NCBI GenBank assembly: GCA_036771895.1
Contig: DAIPGK010000001.1
Coordinates: 1 to 48,812 of the forward strand
Direction of reading: 5' to 3'
Source: Dermatophilaceae bacterium
GTDB lineage: Bacteria; Actinomycetota; Actinomycetes; Actinomycetales; Dermatophilaceae
Length of the DNA stretch: 48,812 bases
A program made the position numbers and the translations under genes. This document shows positions 1 to 7,804 of this stretch, in pieces; within the stretch, counting starts at the first letter, position 1, and the number at the start of each line of letters is the position of its first letter. A model generated the notes under the pieces. The model saw only the letters and a program-made list of their open reading frames with translations. It searched no databases and was not told the origin of the DNA.

Positions 1-54
1 GCTTCAGGTGCCAGTGTCCGAAAGGGCGTGGGGGTTCAAATCCCCCCTCGCGCA
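1..54 (+). tRNA. tRNA-Leu, 3-prime part only (5-prime half lies left of the window)
   Basis: T-arm GGGGG-TTCAAAT-CCCCC at 30-46, acceptor strand CTCGCGC 47-53 and discriminator A54, preceded by a long variable arm (type II tRNA). This acceptor plus A73 fits Leu better than Ser. The anticodon is not in the window. Confidence 0.6.
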
Positions 55-151
55 CAGAACCCTGGAGATTTCCCAGGGGCAGGCAGAGCCGGGAACCTCA
101 GGGCTCCCGGCTCTTGTCACTCTCTTGTCAACGACAAGCGAGGGAGGCGCG

Positions 152-1333
152 ATGACCACCAGTAACGAAGCGCATGCACAGGCACCGCCGTGGCGGGACG
201 GCAAGCGGTCCCTCTGGCTGCTCGGCCTGCTCGTGCCGACCCTCCCCTTCATGGCCTGGGGCCTGGTCGAGGCGACCGGGCAGGGCGTGTTCTGGTGGTT
301 TGGGCCGTTCTTCGCCTTCCTGCTGCTGCCGCTGCTCGACTTGGTGGTCGGCACCGACCGTGCCAGCCCGCCGGGGGACGCCGTACCGCTGCTGGAACAG
401 GACAGGTACTACCGGTGGTGCACCTACCTTTACCTGCCGCTGCAGTACTTCTCCCTCGGTTTCGCTTGCTGGCTCTGGACCCACGGAAACCTGTCCGACA
501 GCGCGAAGCTCGGGCTCGCGGTCACGCTCGGCGTCGTCAGCGGCATCGCGATCAACACCGCCCACGAGCTCGGTCACAAGAAGGACGCGCTGGAACGCTG
601 GCTGTCCAAGATCGCCCTGGCCCAGACCGGCTACGGCCACTTCTACCTCGAGCACAACCGCGGCCACCACGTCCGCGTCGCGACGCCGGAGGACCCGGCA
701 TCGAGTCGGCTCGGCGAGAGCTTCTGGGCCTTCTGGCCGCGCACCGTCGTCGGTTCGCTCCGCTCGGCCTGGGAACTTGAGACGGCGAAGTGGGCCCGCG
801 AGGGGCGCTCTCGGTGGTCGGTCCGCAACGACGTGCTCAACGCGTGGGCCATGACGGTCGCGCTGTGGGCGACGCTTCTTGCGGTCTTCGGCCTCGGCGT
901 GCTGCCCTACATGCTCGTGCAGGCCGTGTTCGGGTTCTCGCTGCTCGAGGTCGTCAACTACCTCGAGCACTACGGCCTGCTTCGCCAGAAGGTCGGCGAG
1001 CGCTACGAGCGCACCGCTCCACGGCACAGCTGGAACTCCAACAACACCGCGAGCAACGTCCTGCTGTACCACCTTCAGCGGCACAGCGACCACCACGCCA
1101 ACCCGACGCGTCGCTATCAGGTGCTACGCCACATAGACGAGGCCCCGCAACTGCCGAGCGGCTACGGAACGATGATCGTGCTTGCCTACTGCACGCCACT
1201 CTGGCGCAGGGTCATGGACAAGCGCGTTCTCGCCCACTACGGCGGCGACGTGACCCTGGCCAACATCCAGCCGTCCAAGCGCGCGGCCTACCTGGCCCGC
1301 TACGCCACGACGTCAGAGGAGATCGCAGCATGA
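152..1333 (+). CDS. alkB: alkane 1-monooxygenase (integral-membrane di-iron hydroxylase, AlkB family)
   Basis: ORF 8..1333 trimmed to ATG 152, preceded by AGGGAGG at 141-147. His boxes HELGHK, EHNRGHH and LQRHSDHH plus N-terminal hydrophobic helices. Confidence 0.9.
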   Translation: MTTSNEAHAQAPPWRDGKRSLWLLGLLVPTLPFMAWGLVEATGQGVFWWFGPFFAFLLLPLLDLVVGTDRASPPGDAVPLLEQDRYYRWCTYLYLPLQYFSLGFACWLWTHGNLSDSAKLGLAVTLGVVSGIAINTAHELGHKKDALERWLSKIALAQTGYGHFYLEHNRGHHVRVATPEDPASSRLGESFWAFWPRTVVGSLRSAWELETAKWAREGRSRWSVRNDVLNAWAMTVALWATLLAVFGLGVLPYMLVQAVFGFSLLEVVNYLEHYGLLRQKVGERYERTAPRHSWNSNNTASNVLLYHLQRHSDHHANPTRRYQVLRHIDEAPQLPSGYGTMIVLAYCTPLWRRVMDKRVLAHYGGDVTLANIQPSKRAAYLARYATTSEEIAA

Positions 1334-1482
1334 AGATCTGGCGCTGCCAGTAGGGCGGCTTCGAGTACGAGGCACAGGGTGGGCCTCATACGGGACACGC
1401 CCGGGGGACTGGATCGAGCTCTCGCTGCAGTTGTCCCTACATCGGGCCTGAGTGGAAAGGGTCTTGTGTGTTCAGTGCGTGA
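1330..1482 (+). pseudogene. rubredoxin pseudogene (premature TAG, lost Cys ligands, at least one frameshift)
   Basis: ATG 1330 overlaps the alkB stop (ATGA). It reads MKIWRCQ then TAG at 1351-1353. GGFEYEAQGGPHTGHARGT aligns to the rubredoxin CxxCGFxYDEAxGxPxxGIxPGT core. After a frame change, WIELSLQLSLH aligns to WxDIPxxWxCP with mutated Trp/Cys/Pro codons. Confidence 0.7.
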
Positions 1483-1762
1483 AATCTGGCTGGGGCTTGC
1501 TGGTCGCCGGCTGTGTTCCGGGCGCAGGATCGGGGACGTCGGGGCGCCCGTGGGCAAGGGTCTCAGACTTGGGTGGCCCTTTTACCATGGCGGCGATCCG
1601 TACGGCGCTGGGCTGGACACGGCCTACTCGCACCATGCTCCGGCCAAGGCCGACGGTCTTGTTATGCATGAGCAGGACATAGGCCGGGATCGTGAACACC
1701 GAGCCCGGTGACAGCTTTCCGGTGCGCCCCTGTGCGATGGTCAGGAAGAGTTGGTGTCTCAT
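1472..1762 (-). CDS. hypothetical small protein (doubtful)
   Basis: 96-aa ORF 37 nt downstream of the nucleotidyltransferase gene on the same strand, in a locally lower-G+C stretch. No family recognised. Confidence 0.25.
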   Translation of the reverse strand: MRHQLFLTIAQGRTGKLSPGSVFTIPAYVLLMHNKTVGLGRSMVRVGRVQPSAVRIAAMVKGPPKSETLAHGRPDVPDPAPGTQPATSKPQPDFTH

Positions 1763-1798
1763 CCCACGAAGGAACCTCCGGCCGGAGGTCGCCGTCAG

Positions 1799-2362
1799 CT
1801 ACCGGCGAAGTCTCGGATCCTTTGAGGCGCTCATCATGGCGAGGACCGACTCGGCAAGCAGGAGCAGGGACTCCCTCGGCTCGCTCAGCACGACCGAGTC
1901 AGCGCCGTACATCCGCTCGGCGATGTCCACTGCCTGCTCCGGGCCAGTGATCTTGAGGTGCCGGAACAGCACGACCAGGTCGGTGATGTCCTGGGGGCGC
2001 CCGGCAGCCATCTTCATCGCCAACAGGTTGGCAGGGGAAGAGAGCGCGACCTGGAGACCTTCGATGTCAAGGGAGACCGGGTCCTCGTCGGGGAGGGGAA
2101 TGAAGGCTTGGGCGGCGGCGCTCAACCAGCCCGGTGGTAGGCCGAGGTCCGTGGCCATGGATGCAGCCTCCGCAGCCACCGTTGTCGGCGGGTGAAGAAC
2201 CGCGTCGATGTCTCGGGTGGTACGACGAATATCGAACTCCAAGGCCATCGCGGCTCCTCCCACGACATACAACCGGCCGGCGACGCCCTTGGCGGACAGA
2301 CGGCGACCCAGTTCGGTGAGCAGCTCGATAATCTTGTGGCGATCGAAACCAGTGGTGCCCAT
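1799..2362 (-). CDS. nucleotidyltransferase-fold protein, DUF6036/AbiEii-like putative toxin
   Basis: ORF 1799..2581 trimmed to ATG 2362 (MGTTGFDRHK), 8 nt after the upstream stop. YVVGGAAMALEF...TRDIDAV matches the minimal NTase G-G/S and DxD motifs. Confidence 0.7.
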   Translation of the reverse strand: MGTTGFDRHKIIELLTELGRRLSAKGVAGRLYVVGGAAMALEFDIRRTTRDIDAVLHPPTTVAAEAASMATDLGLPPGWLSAAAQAFIPLPDEDPVSLDIEGLQVALSSPANLLAMKMAAGRPQDITDLVVLFRHLKITGPEQAVDIAERMYGADSVVLSEPRESLLLLAESVLAMMSASKDPRLRR

Positions 2363-2370
2363 CGGTGCGC

Positions 2371-2949
2371 CTACGCCGTCTGGAAGGCTGACGCGTCCAG
2401 CCAGATACCCAGTCGTGAAAAGTCGATGGGTGTGCGCGACATGGTGCGGGCGGCTAGCAGACCTCCACCATGTGAGGGGAACCACCAGGACTCGAGCGGC
2501 GCCCGGTGGGTCCACTTCGGTGCGGTGACCCCCTGTGGCCGGCATGCCTGCGCCACCGCGGCTGCCAGCAGCGTGTCCCATCGCCGGTCACCGGTAGGGC
2601 GCGGTCGCCGCAGGAAGTCTTGAATCTCTGCCGGGTCACGCAGGCCGCGGAAGTCGTTGATGGCCCCGATCAGCGTGCGCAGCGCGAAGTCATCGTCGCC
2701 CTGCCCGAGCTCGCCCTTGATCGCCTCGGCCGCGCCGCGTGCCGTCATCCAGGTACGCGCGGGCGCGCCGATTTCCCGCAGGAGGCGACCGACCTCCGGC
2801 TGACTTCGGCCGGTCAGTGTGGCGATCCGTCGCTGGCTGAGCCCGCGCCGGTGCCCGTCAAGGACCACCTGGCGGAGCTGGGCGCGGCCGCGTCGAACCA
2901 ACTCATCCGCCAGAAGGGCCCGGCCAACGATATCAGTCTCGAAAGTCAT
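2371..2949 (-). CDS. helix-turn-helix DNA-binding protein, putative cognate antitoxin/regulator
   Basis: 192-aa ORF with HTH LSQRRIATLTGRSQPEVGRLLR, immediately upstream of the NTase gene with an 8-nt gap. Confidence 0.7.
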   Translation of the reverse strand: MTFETDIVGRALLADELVRRGRAQLRQVVLDGHRRGLSQRRIATLTGRSQPEVGRLLREIGAPARTWMTARGAAEAIKGELGQGDDDFALRTLIGAINDFRGLRDPAEIQDFLRRPRPTGDRRWDTLLAAAVAQACRPQGVTAPKWTHRAPLESWWFPSHGGGLLAARTMSRTPIDFSRLGIWLDASAFQTA

Positions 2950-2955
2950 ACCACT

Positions 2956-2984
2956 GATAGTAACTACTATCGGACGACATGCAA
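2956..2984 (-). promoter_or_regulatory. putative leaderless promoter with overlapping inverted-repeat operator
   Basis: Minus strand reads TTGCAT (2984-2979), a 16-nt spacer, TACTAT (2962-2957), 7 nt, then ATG 2949. Inverted repeat GATAGTA-ac-TACTATC at 2956-2971 covers the -10 element. AT-rich island in GC-rich DNA. Confidence 0.5.
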
Positions 2985-3087
2985 GGAACCTTGGTGATTC
3001 AGGGCCTACCAGAGCGCCTGGCGACGGCCGGCACGAGTGGCACGTCCAACTTCCGGACCGGCACGCACCCTGGCTGTGAGACCACTC

Positions 3088-4248
3088 TCAGAGACCCGCC
3101 ATAAGACACCGGGCGCCCTCGTCCGATCGTTGTCCGACCGGATCAGGCGTCGTGAGGCCGTGCAGGGCGAGCATCGTGTCCGTCGTCCGTGACCAGGGGA
3201 ACGACTCCGCCCGTGCCCGTGCCGCTTGCCGCCGCTGCGCCGCTGGTACCGCGAGCAGCGCCGTCACTGCGGCGGCGAGCGCGTGGGGCTCGGGCGCGGC
3301 GCTGCGACCAGCGTCCCCCTCCACGAGCTCGGCCACCGCGGACGTGCTTGCCGCCACGATGGGCGTGCCGCACGCCAGGGCTTCCAGCGCTGCGAGCCCG
3401 AACGTCTCCACCGGGCCCGGGGCCAGAACCACGTCCGCAGCTCCGAGCAGGCTGGCGACGGATGAGCGGTCCGCAAGGTGTCCGACCAGCTCCACCGGTA
3501 GTCCTTGAGCCCGACGTCGCAGCGACGCGGTGAGCGGGCCGGACCCGGCTATCACGAGCTGGGCCGGGCAGCCGCCCTCATGCAGCACCCGTACCGCCTC
3601 GATGGCGAGGTCGGGCCGCTTCTCCCGCGACAACCGGCTGCACAGCACCAGCTGGGGGACGCCACCGGCGGGGCGTGAGCTCGAGGGACGTGTGCTCGGC
3701 CGGAACTGGTCCAGGTCGACGCCAAGCGGCACGTGGTCGGTGGCCACGCCGATCCGGGTGAACTCCTGCGCGGCGAAGCTGGTGGTTGTCACGACGCGGT
3801 CGAAGCGCTCGGCCGTCGCCGCGTTGTGCCGGTCGGCCACCAGCTGTGCCCCCCGGGCGCCCAGCGGCGAGAAGGCGCGCAGGACGCCGTCCACCCGCTC
3901 ATGCGCGATCACCGTCGAGGGAACTCCGGCCGCGCTGGCCCACCGGCCGAGCCCGCGCAGCGTCACCCGGTCGGACACCTCGAGGCGGTCCGGCTCGAGA
4001 GCGTCCAGGACGGCGCGCACACCCTGCAGGTTCGCCAGGATGCGGTAGCCACCGGACCCGGGGATCTTCGGCCCCGCAAGGGTGATGCGGCGGCCCCACG
4101 GAAGCTCCTCGTCCTCTGCGCGTGGACCCGGGACCACGAGCACGAGCTCGTGACCGGCGGCGCGGTATCCGTGTCCGAGCGCATGGACGGTGGTGCGGAT
4201 CCCTCCGCTGCGCGGGGTGTAGGCGTTCGCAACGTGGATGACGCGCAC
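3088..4248 (-). CDS. glycosyltransferase family 4 (GT-B fold)
   Basis: 386-aa ORF with GTG start abutting the upstream stop. N-terminus MRVIHVANAYTPRSGGI and a C-terminal EtFGLAALEAlACGTPiV-type motif. Confidence 0.85.
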   Translation of the reverse strand: MRVIHVANAYTPRSGGIRTTVHALGHGYRAAGHELVLVVPGPRAEDEELPWGRRITLAGPKIPGSGGYRILANLQGVRAVLDALEPDRLEVSDRVTLRGLGRWASAAGVPSTVIAHERVDGVLRAFSPLGARGAQLVADRHNAATAERFDRVVTTTSFAAQEFTRIGVATDHVPLGVDLDQFRPSTRPSSSRPAGGVPQLVLCSRLSREKRPDLAIEAVRVLHEGGCPAQLVIAGSGPLTASLRRRAQGLPVELVGHLADRSSVASLLGAADVVLAPGPVETFGLAALEALACGTPIVAASTSAVAELVEGDAGRSAAPEPHALAAAVTALLAVPAAQRRQAARARAESFPWSRTTDTMLALHGLTTPDPVGQRSDEGARCLMAGL

Positions 4249-5367
4249 TCAGGACCCCCCCACGACCACGCTGCGCGCGGCCTCGTCGTAGTGGCCCAGG
4301 AGTCGGTCGCACACGACCGGCCAGGTCCGCGCCCGCACCGCGTGGTGGGCCGCTGTTCCCATCGCCCGCCGCTTGGCCTCGTCGCCGGCCAGGTCGGCGA
4401 CATGTGCCCGCAGGGCCCGCAGGTCGCCGGGCGGGTAGAGCCACCCCGTGCGGCTGTTGTCGACGAGGTCGCGCAGCCCTCCGGCCCCGACCGCCACGAC
4501 GGGGACTGCGCTGGCCATTGCCTCCTGCGCGGCCTGGCAGAACGTCTCGTAGGGCCCCGGGTGGACGAAGACATCGAGGCTCGCGACCGCCTTGGACAGG
4601 TCGCTGCCCAACAACCCGCCGGTGAAATGGGCCCCGGGGAGACGCCGTGACAGCCGCTCCCGCTCAGGTCCGTCACCGATGATGACGAGCCGGATGCCGG
4701 GCAGGTTGTCCAGTACGGCGAGGTCCTCCACCTGCTTCTCGGCCGCCAACCGGCCGACGAATCCGACCAGCACCTCCCCCGAGGGGGCCAGCCGCGCACG
4801 GAGGCCGGCGTCGCGGTGCTTGGGCGAGAAGGCCGCGGTGTCGACGCCTCGCGGCCAGACCTCGACCCGCGGGACGCCATGACGCTCGAGATCGTGGGCG
4901 GCGGTGGGCGAGGGAGCCAGCGTGATGTGGGCGCGCTCGTGGATGGAGCGGATCCGTCGCCAGGCGGCGTTCGAGGCGGCGGTGAGCCCATACCGCAGCG
5001 CGAAACCGGCGACGTCGGTCTGGTAGACCGCGACTACCGGTATGTCGAGCGATGCCGCCACACGCACCACCGGCCCACCGAGGACGAACGGCGAGGCGAG
5101 GTGGATGACGTCAGGGGCGAACTTCGTGAGCTCGCGGACAAGCCTCCCGGTGACGACCACGGGCACGCGGACCTGCGGGTACCCAGGGAAGCCGATCGAC
5201 GGCAGCGCCACCACCTCGAACCCCTCACAGGTGCTGGGCGGGTCCCCGGGAACGATGACCCGGGCCTCATGGCCAGTCCTGCGCAGGTGCCTCAGCACCT
5301 GCAGGACCGACCCGGTCACACCGTTGACATGCGGGAGAAAGGACTCGGACACCACGGCGACCTTCAT
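4249..5367 (-). CDS. glycosyltransferase family 4, MgtA/PimB-like alpha-mannosyltransferase candidate
   Basis: 372-aa ORF. MKVAVVSESFLPHVNGVTGSV N-terminus and ETFCQAAQEAMASAVPVVA motif. Co-directional and contiguous with the next GT4 gene. Confidence 0.85.
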   Translation of the reverse strand: MKVAVVSESFLPHVNGVTGSVLQVLRHLRRTGHEARVIVPGDPPSTCEGFEVVALPSIGFPGYPQVRVPVVVTGRLVRELTKFAPDVIHLASPFVLGGPVVRVAASLDIPVVAVYQTDVAGFALRYGLTAASNAAWRRIRSIHERAHITLAPSPTAAHDLERHGVPRVEVWPRGVDTAAFSPKHRDAGLRARLAPSGEVLVGFVGRLAAEKQVEDLAVLDNLPGIRLVIIGDGPERERLSRRLPGAHFTGGLLGSDLSKAVASLDVFVHPGPYETFCQAAQEAMASAVPVVAVGAGGLRDLVDNSRTGWLYPPGDLRALRAHVADLAGDEAKRRAMGTAAHHAVRARTWPVVCDRLLGHYDEAARSVVVGGS

Positions 5368-5498
5368 GTGGGCAGTACAGCAACGTCACCGGTACCGGGT
5401 GGTGAGTACCCGGTGTCGTGTTGTGGACCTGCGGGTGAACGCTGGGGTTTGGCCCGGCGGGTGTGCTGGCAGCGAGCCCGGGAACCGAGCCCGGGAAC

Positions 5499-6593
5499 TT
5501 ACGGTTCTGCGCGAGTCGCGGCCGTGGCCAGGGCCTGACGGGTCTGGGCACCAAGGGACTTCACGAGCTCCGCCGCCGAGCCGCCGGTCGCGAGCCGGTA
5601 CGTCTGCCCGGCAAAGAGGTTGAACCCGTCCCCATCGCCTTGCTCGCGTGCCGCCGCCCGGATCGGGGCCGTCGCAAAATGCACCTGCGGGTATGCCGCG
5701 GGCGCGCCCCGAGTGTGCGCGTCCAGGAAGCGGTTGCGCAGGGCCCGAGCCGTGCGGCCGGTGAAAGCCCGGGTCAGGGCGGTGGGTGTGTCCCCGCCCA
5801 GGCGCTCGCGGTGGACGGGGTGCGTGCCGACCTCGTCGCAGAGCAGGAACGCCGTGCCGAGCTGTACCGCGGTTGCCCCGGCGACAAGGGCTGCGGCGAT
5901 GCCGGGGCCGTCGATCAGGCCACCGGCGGCGACCAGTGGCAGATCCACGGCGCGAGAGACCAGTCGCAGCAGCGCGAACGTGCTGAGACCCTCGGGCTCA
6001 TCGACGTCCAGCCAGCTGCCTCGATGCCCACCGGCCTCAACTCCCTGCAGCACCAGCACATCGGCGCCGGCGCTGCGGGCTGCCCGTGCCTCGGCCACAT
6101 CGGTGACGGTCAACCACACCTGGCTGCCGACCCCCTGCAGGTCGGAGATCTCCCGCGCGGAGGGGGCGCCGAACGTGAAGGACACGATGGGCACCGGGTC
6201 CGCGACCAGGGCGGACAGCTTGGCTGCCCACCCATCGTCGTCGGGTCGAGGCACGCCCACCTGGGTGCCGTAGTGCTCTGCCTCGGGACCCAGCCGGTCG
6301 ACATACAGCTGCAGTGCCTGCGCGTCCACCGCGTGCTTATCCACCGACTGCTCATCCACTGCGACTGAGGTGACTGAGCGCACTCCGGGTACGAACAGGT
6401 TCACCCCGAAGGGGGCGGTCGTGCCGATCCTGACGGCGGCGATGTCCGCCTGCATCGCCTCGACACTGCGATAGCCGCCGGCCACGAAGCCCAGCCCTCC
6501 GGCCTCGCAGACGGCGATCGCCAGCGCGGGTGTCGACGTGCCGCCGGCCATAGGCGCCTGGACGATGGGATGGCGGAGTTCGTCGAGAATCAT
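5499..6593 (-). CDS. nitronate monooxygenase (NMO / 2-nitropropane dioxygenase family)
   Basis: C-terminal 364 codons of ORF 5499..7592, from ATG 6593 (MILDELRHPIVQAPMAGGTSTPALA...). The upstream part of the long ORF is antisense to the next gene. Confidence 0.85.
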   Translation of the reverse strand: MILDELRHPIVQAPMAGGTSTPALAIAVCEAGGLGFVAGGYRSVEAMQADIAAVRIGTTAPFGVNLFVPGVRSVTSVAVDEQSVDKHAVDAQALQLYVDRLGPEAEHYGTQVGVPRPDDDGWAAKLSALVADPVPIVSFTFGAPSAREISDLQGVGSQVWLTVTDVAEARAARSAGADVLVLQGVEAGGHRGSWLDVDEPEGLSTFALLRLVSRAVDLPLVAAGGLIDGPGIAAALVAGATAVQLGTAFLLCDEVGTHPVHRERLGGDTPTALTRAFTGRTARALRNRFLDAHTRGAPAAYPQVHFATAPIRAAAREQGDGDGFNLFAGQTYRLATGGSAAELVKSLGAQTRQALATAATRAEP

Positions 6594-6656
6594 CAAGACA
6601 CCTGCTCTTTGGGGGTAAGTGGGCCACTGTGTGCTTTGCCACGATACGTTCGGAGC

Positions 6657-7706
6657 ATGGCCAGACCCCACGCCGCATCGCTCATCGAGGATGCCTTCCA
6701 CCGCCGTTCGAATGCCGTGCTGCGTCGACGCGGATGGGGCACCCGCACGATCAGCCACACGGGCTATGGCAGTCAGGACTTTGTCCGGGTCCTGGGTCGG
6801 GTGCTGCTGAGCCGTCAGGCCGAGAGGCCGGCTGTCACCGGGGCGGATGGGACCATCCGTCAGTTCAGAAACAGGGCGGATGAGCAGCGCGGTTGGCGGG
6901 CCTTCGTCACCGCAGGGGCAATGAACGTCCCGGTCCGCGTCATCATCGGCGGCCGTAGAACGCACACGTTCTCGGACCGCAGCGGCTACATCGACGTGGT
7001 GATTGCCGAACCAGGCCTGGAGCCGGGCTGGCACGCGGTCACGATCGAGGCAGAGGGCGCCCTGCCGGTCCAGGCCGCGGTGCTGATCATCGACCGTGAG
7101 GCCCGTTTCGGCCTGGTCAGCGACATCGACGACACCGTCATCTCCACCTCCCTGCCGCGTCCGCTGATCGCAGCCTGGAACACTTTCGTGCGGCAGGAGA
7201 CCGCTCGTCACCTTGTGCCAGGCATGGCACCGATGTACCGCACGCTCCTGGGCGAACACGCCGGTTCGCCGATCTTCTACCTGTCGACCGGTGCCTGGAA
7301 CACCGCGCCGACGTTGACCCGCTTCCTCAAGCGACACGGTTATCCGGCAGGTCCGATGCTGATGACCGACTGGGGCCCCACCAACACGGGTTGGTTCCGC
7401 AGCGGGCAGGTGCACAAGACCGAGGCCCTGCACCGGTTGGCTCGTGAGTTCCCCCGGATCCGCTGGGTCCTCGTCGGCGACGACGGACAGCACGACCCGA
7501 GGATCTATGGCGACTTCGCGCGAGATCGCCCCGATGTGGTTGACGCGATTGCGATTCGGGAGCTGACCCCGGCCGAGCAGGTGCTCTCGCACGGCATACC
7601 GGTGTCCAACGAGGAGTTCGCCCCGCGGGTGCGACGCGACGTGCCGGTGTTTCGTGCGCCCGATGGCTACAGCCTCTTGCGTCAGCTCAGGGCCGCACGT
7701 CGCTAA
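6657..7706 (+). CDS. App1-family (DUF2183) phosphatidate phosphatase-like HAD protein
   Basis: ORF 6570..7706 trimmed to ATG 6657. DIDDTVISTS (DxDxT) and GDDGQHDP motifs. Confidence 0.75.
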   Translation: MARPHAASLIEDAFHRRSNAVLRRRGWGTRTISHTGYGSQDFVRVLGRVLLSRQAERPAVTGADGTIRQFRNRADEQRGWRAFVTAGAMNVPVRVIIGGRRTHTFSDRSGYIDVVIAEPGLEPGWHAVTIEAEGALPVQAAVLIIDREARFGLVSDIDDTVISTSLPRPLIAAWNTFVRQETARHLVPGMAPMYRTLLGEHAGSPIFYLSTGAWNTAPTLTRFLKRHGYPAGPMLMTDWGPTNTGWFRSGQVHKTEALHRLAREFPRIRWVLVGDDGQHDPRIYGDFARDRPDVVDAIAIRELTPAEQVLSHGIPVSNEEFAPRVRRDVPVFRAPDGYSLLRQLRAARR

Positions 7707-7804
7707 CCCGTGGCGACCCCTGGCGCTTCAACCCGTGGCGACCGCTGGCATTTCAACCCGTGGCGACCGCTGGCATTTCAACCCGTGGCGACCGCTGGCA
7801 TTTC
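7705..7804. repeat. 25-bp tandem repeat, 4 copies (AACCCGTGGCGACCGCTGGCATTTC)
   Basis: Copies at 7705-7729 (3 mismatches), 7730-7754, 7755-7779 and 7780-7804, counted directly. Starts at the TAA of the App1-like gene and contains the stop and last codons of the convergent MFS gene. Confidence 0.95.

Noticed and set aside
128-1096. Large antisense or shadow ORFs (also 3963..4991, 20946..22187, 34410..36083, 39679..41292, 41115..42233, 41636..42937)
   Set aside because: They lie opposite genes with clear family motifs and have the Arg/Pro/Gly/Ala-biased composition expected of non-coding frames in high-G+C DNA.
1483-1798. Second rubredoxin or TetR (AlkU) remnant after the rubredoxin pseudogene
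   Set aside because: None of the six frames gave recognisable rubredoxin CxxCG knuckles or a TetR HTH. Only an unassignable 96-aa minus-strand ORF is present.
1-3087. Integrative island inserted at the tRNA-Leu 3-prime end (alkB remnant plus TA pair)
   Set aside because: There is no integrase gene, and I found no direct repeat of the tRNA 3-prime end elsewhere in the window. The composition change is limited to short stretches.
5499-7592. 697-aa ORF on the minus strand
   Set aside because: Only the C-terminal 364 codons, from ATG 6593, look like a protein (nitronate monooxygenase). The upstream part is antisense to the well-supported App1-like gene and is a typical high-G+C open frame.
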